The notes beneath the pieces were generated by a model. The model was not told where the DNA came from, searched no databases, and saw only the letters and a list, made by a program, of their open reading frames with translations. From Octopus vulgaris (lineage: Eukaryota), in the NCBI GenBank assembly GCA_951406725.2, contig OX597825.1:67642001-67706000 (forward strand): DNA of 64,000 bases, given 5' to 3'. The translations under genes were made by a program, and so were the position numbers. This document shows, piece by piece, positions 53,772 to 64,000 of the stretch (positions within the stretch are counted from its first letter, which is position 1; each line of letters opens with the position of its first letter).

Positions 53772-54391
53772 ATTGTAATATTTTCTTATGCGACTTTTAA
53801 ATTTGCTTTTTAAATCATTCCCGTGTTACGTTACCTCGGCAGACAATTCTCGATTGATAACTTTAATGAGTTATTTTCCTGTTGAGATTCAATGTGAGTA
53901 GTTTTAATTCCATCTATTAAATCAATAACGGCTTGACTTTCAATGAGTTTGAGATGAAAAAAATATATATAATGGTAATAATAATAAAAAAAAATACTGG
54001 AAATGTTGAAATACATTTGGATATTCAAAATGGCGTATATATTTTTGTTGACTGCGTAAAGACTACGACGGACATTCAAGTTCACAAAATCACGCACGCA
54101 CATATAAACACAGTGACATTCTTAAACACATACATAAATGTGTGCGTGTTTGTATCTGAGTGAGTGTGTGTGTATATATACGTATAGTAAATTACAGGTA
54201 TAGTTGCGTGTGTAAATGTTTGTATATAATATGTATATCTATATGCTTATTTTCGTGTATATATATATATATATATAAGTACATATATGTGTGTGTGTGT
54301 GTGTGTGTGTGAGTGAGTGTGTGTACATGCACATGTATGTAAATATAAGTCTGTGTACATGCGCTTGTACGTAAATATAAGCGTATGTGTG

Positions 54392-54443
<52 letters not shown>

Positions 54444-54482
54444 TACGTATACACATATATATATATATACATATATACGTAT

Positions 54483-54550
<68 letters not shown>

Positions 54551-55311
54551 TGGTCAAACGTGTGTTTGTAGGTCTGTGATTCTATGTGTGTGTACGTATG
54601 CGAATACCAATATGTGAATTTACATAACTTTGTGTATAATTATGCATAAAATTATTATGCAACTATTATTAAGTGCATCGCCGTATTATACACTTCGCAC
54701 ATTTCTTCGTCTTTCACACACTGCGTTTTTTTCTTTTTTTTTTCCTCTGCTTTTGTAAATACAGAAAATCTAATTATTTTTCTATTACAACATCCTAAAC
54801 ATAGTTAAAATTACTTATACTTCTGGAGCAGAATGTTAAAAGGTAAGAAGATCGATAAGTACATTTTATCTCTGCCTGGGAATAAATAATTTTTTAAACA
54901 TCGGAAATTCATTGAAAAATGCTATATCCTATTAAGTATTTATATAAAAGCAAATACTGCGGCCAGCTTTTCGTATTGAAATATAATAGATTTATTTTTT
55001 CAGACAGAAACGAACTTATTCCTCTTAAAAAGTAAATACTTAAATAACGTTTGCTACATGGATATAACTTTTAATAATATTCTTCAAACACTTTTATCAT
55101 AAATAAAATTATATTGCTTGGATACTTGTGATTAAATTTTGTATATCAGTTGGTGATGAAGTATTTTTCTCAGTGGCTGATCTGAGATATTGATATTTCC
55201 TTGAAATGGTAGGAATATATTTACATGAGTGTAAGTAATGTAGAAGAAATTTTAAAAATTGAAACACTTACTGTTCAGAATTTTGTCAGATTTGTTCAAA
55301 TCTACGTGTAC

Positions 55312-55558
55312 TAGTTCCTTCCCGAGTCCTGTTCACTCATAGGGGCCGGTTTCCAGGTTTCCGTGGCTTTTATGTTCCCCACCTGGACGAGACGCCGATT
55401 CGTCGCGGGATTACTCATTTTTGTCAGCTGAGCAAACTGAAGCAACGTGAAATTAAGTGTTTCCACAAAAACACAACGCCTCGCCCGATCCTGGAATCGA
55501 AACCACAATCTTACGATCATGAATCTAACACCCGAACTACTAAGCCGCCCCGCGCCTC
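55312..55558 (-). mobile_element. SINE group C (head 2 plus tail T2), diverged
   Basis: TCTAYGTGTACT flanking duplication. Confidence 0.82.
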
Positions 55559-55678
55559 ATGTCTATGTGTACTGCTTATTGCATTTTACTTTTACGCTTT
55601 TCTCTTTGTTTTTCTTTCCCGATTCTTAGCTTTGTTCATTGATGGTTTATACGTAATAGATATCAGCTTCTTCATCAC

Positions 55679-56090
55679 AAGGCGGCGAACTGGCAGAAAC
55701 GTTAGCACGCCGGGCGAAATGCGTAGCCGAGATCGACTTTGCCTTTCATCCTTTCGGGGTCGATATATTAAATACCAGTTACGCACTGTAGTCGATATAA
55801 TCGACTTAATCCCTTTGTCTGTCCTTGTTTGTCCTCTCTGTGTTTAGCCCCTTGTGGGTAGTAAAGAAATAGGTATTTCGTCTGCCGTTACGTTCTGAGT
55901 TCAAATTCAGCCGAGGTCGACTTTACCTTTCATCCTTTCGGAGTCGATAAATTAGATACCAGTTACGCACTGGAGTCGATATAATCGACTTAATCCGTTT
56001 GTCTGTCCTTGTTTGTCCTCTCTGTGTTTAGCACCTTGTGGGTAGTAAAGAAATAGATATTTCGTCTACCAATACGTTCTGAGTTCAAAT
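55679..56090 (+). mobile_element. SINE group B concatemer (184-bp period)
   Basis: The tail joins back to internal GGTATTTCGTCTG at 55871 and 56055. Confidence 0.9.
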
Positions 56091-56139
56091 ATTCTACTGC
56101 CTCCATATTACAACAGATACAGTGGATGATTCGGTACTA

Positions 56140-56472
56140 TCAGGCCGAGTAAAAAGTAAGCAAAATTTTGAAACCTGAAATTTATCACAATATATTTCAA
56201 CAATGCGAAAATTTTATTCATCAAAGTAAGTACCATTACAATCAACAGATTTTTGCCAACGATTTACAAGTTTCTTTATTCCGGTAAAATAAAAATCTGG
56301 AGTTCTGGAGCTGATGAACTCTTTGAACGCACTTTCAGCATCGGTTTGATTTTTGAACTCCCTCTTTTGCAAGAAATCCTCTAGGTGCTTTAAAAAGTAG
56401 TAGTCGATAGGAGAAAGGTCTGGGGAGTAAGCGGGCTGAGGAAGAACTTCGTAGCCAAGTTCCCTCAACTTC
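56140..56472 (-). mobile_element. Mariner 3' fragment
   Basis: ELGYEVLPQPAYSPDLSPIDYYFLKHL...RWQKSVDCNGTYFDE*; TA-TCAGGCCGAGTAAAAAGTAAG end. Confidence 0.9.
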
Positions 56473-56665
56473 TACAAGGCCAGCTCTTGGTCTGCAGAAG
56501 CGATGACATCTGCTGCAGGTGAAGCTACTTGACACGATGGAGAAGTGATGCTTCTCATGTGCTCTTTTGTATTTTCTCTATGGTTTCTCTTTAATGGTTG
56601 GAATCACGGGCTTCAGCGATCGGTGCTATTCATCGCAACCTCGGACCTTCTCCTCTTGTACAAGA
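56473..56665 (-). mobile_element. RTE LINE C-terminal zinc-finger remnant
   Basis: SSFTCSRCHRFCRPRAGLV resembles the RTE terminal CxxCxRxxxSRIGL motif. Confidence 0.6.
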
Positions 56666-56784
56666 ATAATAAATTTGTACTCTACAAAAGTATAGAGTAA
56701 CCCATCAGATTAATGAAAAATTGTATTTATTATAACTGAACAGAAAAACAAATGCGTGTGTACGTGTGTGCATGTGTGCATGCG

Positions 56785-56834
<50 letters not shown>

Positions 56835-56970
56835 CGTGTGTGTATGTGTGTGTGTGCAGACGCCATCTCAGACGTTCATTAATCTGTTTTATCCGTCTAG
56901 AGATTACTCAGTTAATGCGATGCCCAAACGGATTACGCTAGTAAAAACTGCAAAGGACATTGTTTTTTTT

Positions 56971-57245
56971 TCTTATACTTGCTTCTGTCATTTGACTGCG
57001 GCTATGCTGGAGCACTACCTTCAAGATGTTTTTTTTTTAGTCGAAGAAATCCCAGGACTTTTCCTATTGATTTCTTTTGCCGAACCACTAATTTACAACA
57101 TCGGTTGGCAAGCGATGGTGGGGGGACTAACACAGACACAAAGACACACACATAAATATATACATGTTTGCATATATGTATGTGTGTGTGTGTGTGCGAC
57201 AGGCCTCTTTCAGTTATCGTCTACCAAGAACACTCAAAAGGCTTT
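56971..57245 (-). mobile_element. SINE group A, diverged
   Basis: GTCATTTGACTGCGGCTATGCTGGAGCAC and TTTTGCCGAACC. Confidence 0.75.
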
Positions 57246-57315
57246 ATCGTTTATGTTACTTTCGAACACTGCGGAGTCATTCTGTGTCAATATTTTTATT
57301 ATAATTTATCAGCGA

Positions 57316-57750
57316 AAGGCGGCGAGCTGGCAGTATCGTTAGCGCGCCGATAAAATCCTTAAAGGCGTTTCGTCCGTTTTCACGTTCTGAGTTCAAATTC
57401 TACCGAGGTCGACTTTGACTTTCATCTTTTCAGGGTCAATGAATTAAGTACCAGTGAAACGCTGCGGTCGATGTAATCGAGTAGTCCCCTCTCCCAATAT
57501 TTCAGGCCTTGTGCCTTTAATACAAAGGATTACTTAGGCGGTGAGCAGGCGGAATCGTTAGCACACCAGGCAAAATGCTTAGCAGCATTTCGTCCGTCAT
57601 TACATTCTGAGTGCAAATGTCGCCGAGGTCGACTTTGCGTTTCATCCTTTTAGGATCGATAAAATAAGTACTAGTTGAGTACTGGAATCGATGTCGTCGT
57701 CTTATCTCCATCCCAGAAATTGCTGGACTTGTCCCAAAATTGAAACCAAT
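57316..57750 (+). mobile_element. Two tandem SINE group B copies
   Basis: Heads at 57316 and ~57536. Confidence 0.88.
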
Positions 57751-57856
57751 ATTTTTAACTTTATTAATATTTTTCACTGTACACTACGAAATCCTTTTAA
57801 TCCTCACATCTCTCTCTCCTCTCTCTATTCCCTCTCTCACTCTCTCTCTCTCTTTC

Positions 57857-57889
<33 letters not shown>

Positions 57890-57928
57890 GTGTGTTTGTG
57901 TGTATGTGTATGTATGTATGTATGTATG

Positions 57929-57973
<45 letters not shown>

Positions 57974-57975
57974 AC

Positions 57976-58015
<40 letters not shown>

Positions 58016-58705
58016 ATGTGTGTGTGTGTATGAAAGTATGTGTATGTATATATGCATAAATGCATGTATGTATATATGTATGTATGTACATCACGAATCT
58101 GGGTTTTTCTACAATAATGTTCAAGGATGCTATAACTATCCCGATGGCATCTATCTAATTAAAAGATCCAATACTTAATTATTTTCGATTTATGATTGTA
58201 TGGACCATTTGTTGGGATAACATTGAATGCTAATTTACCTGACCTCTCTATTTCTCGATTGAACTATATTCTTTTGAATTACCATTAAATGAATAAATTA
58301 TTTCAATGATAGAACTCACTGTAGCCAATCCAAGCAGGAGCTAATAAAAGATTTCAGTGCTGCATGAATAAATTCGTGTTTCGTTCATAATGGAATGCCA
58401 AACAAGCCGACCTTTAATATTCCTTATTAAAATTTTCTCAAATAGGTCATTTAGGCGTCACTAATTAATGTAAACCTTTGCCCAACTTTCTTGTTGGAAT
58501 AACAGCAATGCTTGTCTTGTTAAGGCTGAAAATAAAAGACGGTCTTCAGGTCAAATTTAATAAAGTACTAATTGCTGATTCTTGGGAAAAAAAATGGAGA
58601 ACAAGTATGCTTGCTGCGTGTATCTATGAATCTAGTTATTCATTTCAATTCGCGTTTGAATATGATTTGTTCGGGATGGTTTATTAAGATGTCTTCAAGT
58701 AGAAT

Positions 58706-59094
58706 ATTGGTTTTAAACTTTGACCTGCCCCCCAAACCTGCTGACCGAGGGGAGAGGGGGAAAATCGATTAAATCGATCCCACTGTTCAACTGGTACTTA
58801 TTTTACCGATTTCAACAGGATGAAAGGCAAAGTCGACCTCAGCGGAATTTGAACTCAGAACGTAACGGCAGACGAAATACCTATTTCTTTATTACCCACA
58901 AGGGGCTAAACATAGAGGGAACAAGCAAGGACAGACAAATGGATTAAGTCGATTATATCGACCCCAGTGCATAACTGGTACTTATTTAATCAACCCCGAA
59001 AGGATGAAAAGCAAAGTCGACCTTGGCGGAATTTGAACTCAGAACGTAACGGCAGACGAAATACGGCTACGCATTTCGCCCGGCGAGCTAACGT
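58706..59094 (-). mobile_element. SINE group B concatemer
   Basis: Same tail-to-internal junction at 58869-58890. Confidence 0.88.
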
Positions 59095-59440
59095 AGGATA
59101 TCAAACATATTTGTATTAAGCAATAACCATTAAAGATGTTGTGTTTCCGGCATGGTAAAGTCAGTGACCTATATTAGATTTACACATTCATTATTAAATT
59201 CTTTCATACTATGCATTTTTCAAGCTATAGTGGCCTGCTGTAGAATGTTAACCATGCAATAACATTTGGCAATCAATACCAAGTATTTCAGCTCTAAAAT
59301 AGAATTGCTACACAGGAGTGTCCATAAATTGCCTGACTTTTCCTGTTAAATTATCTTGTCCACCAAATTCTTCCTCTTCTAGTGATCGCTTCGTATCAGC
59401 AGCCATAACTTGGATATGCATTCCATTAGCTAGCTCAGGT

Positions 59441-59744
59441 GGAGGCAGATGGCCTAGTGGTTAGAGCAGCGGACTCGCGGTCGAGGGATCGCGGGTTCGA
59501 ATCTCAGACCGGGCGATGTGTGTACTTATGAGCGAAACACCTAAGCAGCACGCGGCTCCGGCAGAAGGTAATGGCGAACTTCTGCTGACTCTTTCGCTAC
59601 AACTTTCTCTCACTCTTTCCTCCTGCATCTTGCAGCTCACCTGCGACGGACAGGCGTCCCGTCCAGCTGGGGAACCTATACTCCGAGGAAACCGGGAAAC
59701 CGGCCCTATGAGCCAAGCGTGGCTCGAGAAGGGACAAACAACAA
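59441..59744 (+). mobile_element. SINE group C (head 1 plus tail T2)
   Basis: A box TGGCCTAGTGG, B box GTTCGAATCT; CTARCTCAG duplication. Confidence 0.9.
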
Positions 59745-61529
59745 TCTAACTCAGTGTTTTCTCATCTATTTTCCCCATCAGCTCCCACTATAATTTTCGA
59801 GAAAAATATATGCCCCACCAGTAGTCGGAAAAAAACAACTTCCTTTTAAATATTTCATAATTATGTACTTTCTTTAAAGAAATATCCATACCAGGGCATT
59901 CGAATAGCGCTATACTGTAGCAGTCTTCACACGGTGTTCTTGGCTGCAGGAATTGGTTTAGCCAAGCTCAGTATAAGTGTAGTATATTTGCTGTGAAAAG
60001 AAAGATTTTCACAATTATATGTTCTACTAAGAATGAATAAAATTTTGGCTTCCACACCCCACCACAAAGAAACAAAGAACTCGTTTTGAATGTCAGAAGA
60101 AAGCCAGCCGTTATATTCATACTCTTCCTACACTCATTTGTATGCTCAGTTAAGTTTTCCAATATTCAAGCTGAAATGCGATCTGTTGACCTCTTTCATT
60201 CATTTAAATTATTGTCACCTAGAATTCGGGTTAGGAATAGATTTATTCGATGAATTTCGTGACAAGAGCTATAATATCTGAATTGCCAGTTTATACATTT
60301 CGCCATATGTCGATAAAACTGACACTTTCATGAATAGCTACTTTCCATTAATATTGGGATAGCTTCACATTGTGACAGGAGATAACATAGATGGGTTCTG
60401 GAAGTAACAGACATTCACAGTTACAAAACCTTTAGTGACATTTAGCAATGAGATTACTTTACTTACAACGACACCGTCATCGTATCAAACGGAACAGCTT
60501 CGACGTTCATCAGCAATTGCAGAATGCATTAATTGATAACAGCCCTAATTCCCTTTACATGTGACCTTACGTCATTTCCTTTTCACCCAGTTCAGACACA
60601 TCACAGCTTTGTTTCAACGAAATGCGTTCATTTTATTGCTGGCAAAATGTTTGCAACATCCATACGTTGCAGATTGTTTCGCTTAAATACATCGCTTGCT
60701 TTTCTAATTTGATATTTTTGCGGGTGAGGCTGCATTCTGCTGATGTTTACTCCATCAGAACTTTTAACAAGCAGACCTATATTATGGTCAAAGAAATTGT
60801 CATTTTATATAGTAGTGACTGCATTGTATAATATTAGCCCTTTGAAGACAACGAAACCTTCAAACCTTTGATAACAACGAAACCTTGAAGAAGGTTTCGT
60901 TGTTATATCTGTCAGGGTGAATGATCCCCACGTTGATTCGCTCTTTTTATTTGAAGAAAGTTGTTGCATAAACGCGTTTTAACCATTTTCTAATTTTTCT
61001 TGTAAATTCTCAATTCGTTTCTTTTCTTTTTTTTTTTCTACTGTCTGTGTCATTAAAAATATTGTTTTCCATTTCTTTTCTTTCTCTGATATAATGTTGT
61101 GTAGAGTTAATTTGGTAACCAAAAAAATTAATAAAACGAAAGGAAAAAAGAGGACCACTTATTGTAATGTGTTTTCTTTTTGCATGACACTATTGCCCAA
61201 GTGTGGTCTTTCCCGTAGGCTCTTCTATCCACGGACAAACCTAATCTGTTTTCTCTTTCTACATTGACATTGATGGTCCCCACCTTTTTTTTCACGATCC
61301 CTTTTGATCGGAATCCGACCCTTGTTTTTCCTTCTCTTCGTCCCAAAAAGTAAAGCTCTACTTTGCATTTTGTCCCTTCTGTGTTCAGCCCTGCGTGGCG
61401 AACAAACAAATCTAATTTGTATACAGACTCACACCGCTTTCTTCTCTTCAGGTGCACGAACATAGGAAGATTTGTCAAAGGGATATGAATCAAAGATTTT
61501 TGCTACTCTCATTCGTTTCTGATTTGAGT

Positions 61530-62130
61530 ACAAGGCTAACTTTTTTGAGGGAAAGGGTTAACAAATATCGAGGCAAACTTGATCTCGCTAAAAGACCAAC
61601 TTTGACTCGAAAGGAAAAGCTGACTTCGGCGGAATTTGAACTCAAAGTTTAGAGAGCCGGAAGTCTTACTGGTTTAAGATTTTGGCACAATGCCAACAAT
61701 TTCGAGTAAGTGGGTAATTCAATTACATCTACTTCAAGGCCTCACTACTTATTTTAGCGACCTCAAAAGGATGAAAGGCAAAGTTGACCTCGGTGAAATT
61801 TGAACTCAAAATTTAAAGACAGACGAAATACCGCTAAGTACATTACCAAGTATGCTAACGATTCTTCCAGCTCGCCGCCTCTTTATTATTCTATAAATAA
61901 TTAGCTCAAGTAAGACTGTGAACTGGCAGAATCGTTAGCAAGCACGCCGGACAAAATGCTTTGCGACTTTTTGTCCGACTTTACGTTCTGCGTTCAAATT
62001 CCACCGAGGTCGACTTTGCCTTTCATCCTTTCGGGTCAATGAAAATAAGTACCAGCTGATTACTGGGATCGATGTAATCGACTTACTCCATCCCAACGAA
62101 ATTGCTGGCCTTGTGTCAAAATTTGAAGCC
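61530..62130. mobile_element. Cluster of SINE group B copies (minus 61530-61880, plus 61912-62130)
   Basis: Shared GGAATTTGAACTC / GTCGACTTTGCCTTTCATCC cores. Confidence 0.82.
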
Positions 62131-62341
62131 TATAACGTTGGCTAAATTTTATAAGCATGATTCTAATTTATTTTTAACGTTGTTGAAGCAATTATTTCTC
62201 GTCTGAGTTCGAATCTCGGTGAAAAGGACCTTAAAATACGGTATTTCTACTTCAGTGGATACAGGTATATATGCCAGGCACTGTTATTCTAAAATGTTAC
62301 GCAGATATTGCCTTCAGCACAAACCACCTTGCCTCGCATTC

Positions 62342-62405
<64 letters not shown>

Positions 62406-63364
62406 TTCCTCTTTCCTGGAAAATCATTTTCAGCTATCCTTATTATTGGAAAATATATGTCACTTTGTCAGTCTTACTAATGAAGGCTTTAATTTCCTTC
62501 TTAACACACACACACATACACACACACACACCACATGCACACACAAGCAAGCAAACAAATACACTCGTACCATGGAACAATTGTCATTATGAGAGATGTA
62601 TTTGCTATATTTTTCCATTAAAAATATTCCTTTGTGAATGTTTTATATTATATATTAATACCTTGTAGAATATCAGAGTGTCCAGTGTTGGCCAGGCCGA
62701 GAGCGTGCGTATAACAGAAGACTTTCTAATAAAAAAAATATCTTTCGTATAAGAAATAGAATGGTGTTCACCATTTATAGCAGAAGTGTGTCTAAAGCAG
62801 TCTTACAAATACGCACTCAGTATGAAGAGAAATCTCTTAATTTAATTTTGAAAATGGCAGATACCTAATTCTTGCATATTTAATAAGAACGCTGGATTAA
62901 GTGAAAAGGAAAACAGCGCAATTTCACTTAACTTAATCCCGCGTTCTATTATAAAATATATTGCATTTTTTCTTCTTAAAATTCTTTAATTCCTTTAAAT
63001 AATTCCTTTTAATGAGAGAAAACTTGTGTGTCGGGAGGTTAAATATCCATGAAAATAAAATCATTCGTTAAACTGGAAGAAAGTAGAAAAAGCACGCACA
63101 ATCTCCAAGAACAATATCCTGCACCGATAAAGGTCATCATGGTATTTGAGCCGAAGCTGACGTAGATTGGATGGTTCACGGTATTGGCTGTTTGGGATAT
63201 AGAAGCTTTTGACACTGTAGCATCCTACAAAGAATAATTCTTCACATATTCAAGTCTAAAGATTTTTTTTTTTAATTTAGGTAGTGAAAACTTCGCCATT
63301 TGGCTAGTTGAAGATCTTGAAATGAATTTGGATCTCTTACTGCATAGAGATGAGGAGAATGAGA

Positions 63365-63699
63365 CCCACCCCTCTTCGGTCATGAATGACCATGGGATTG
63401 CACCTAGAAAGTTACCTTCCAAGGCACAAGTCAGGGCAAGATTCTTTGTGGAAGGCTAGCAGTCGCCCATGCATACCAGCCTCTCCTCTCCACACCACAG
63501 ATGTTATCCAAAGGAAATGCAAAGGCTGATACAGCTTGGCACCAGTGATGTCGGAACTCATTTCTACAGATGAGTTAACTGGAGCAACGTTAAATGAAGT
63601 GTCTTGCTCAAGAACACAACACACAGCCTGGTCCGGGAATCGAACTCACAACCTCACGATCGTAAGCTCTACGTTCTAACTACTGAACCATGCGCCTTC
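63365..63699 (-). mobile_element. SINE group C (head 2 plus tail T3)
   Basis: ACTGCATAGAGA duplication at 63339-63350 and 63700-63711. Confidence 0.9.
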
Positions 63700-64000
63700 A
63701 CTGCATAGAGAAGTTGTCATATAAATAAGCATTCATGCTTATTTAAAGGGACACGTTGATTTTTATGGTCTCCATTGCATGTTTATAATGTGAGGAGCAA
63801 TGCGCATGTGCAGGTTATGAAGATGTGCGTGTATATGTACTGAGTGTAAATGTGTAGAAACAGAAAAGGGTTTGTGGGGCTGAGAAATGCATTGGAGGAT
63901 GTTTACTGGTGTATCAGAGTATTAGAAGAAGACGGTAGGATGAAGAACGTCAGAGTTAGAGGCTTCTAAAGTTTGTTTGGACAGAAACGATTTGATTTAC

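Noticed and set aside
59441-59512. tRNA-like sequences with A and B boxes (also 36966, 49771, 9194)
   Set aside because: They lack a proper acceptor stem, continue into SINE bodies and are often flanked by TSDs; they are SINE heads, not tRNA genes.

Overview
AT-rich eukaryotic, repeat-dominated DNA. The SINE families and extreme microsatellite load point to a cephalopod (Octopus-like) intron or intergenic region; this is an inference. I found no intact host gene, rRNA, tRNA or CRISPR array, and nearly all ORFs in the track are microsatellite or SINE artefacts. The window holds three tRNA-headed SINE groups (30+ copies) and several decayed Tc1/mariner elements and MITEs. It also holds RTE, CR1-like and Penelope-like (PLE) retroelement fragments, plus many micro- and minisatellites. 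The most interesting signal is invisible to the ORF track: at least eight type I 'minimal' hammerhead-ribozyme motifs (CUGANGA...GAAA-palindrome-UH), most in short islands next to (TA)n arrays, with a different palindromic stem III in each family. These include a tandem pair that looks like a retrozyme or pLTR dimer, with a predicted loop II/stem I pseudoknot (38.2-38.8 kb). They also include a nested two-core motif (2.6 kb) and two copies inside a ~500-bp palindrome (1.4-1.9 kb). All structures were folded by eye and none has been tested.
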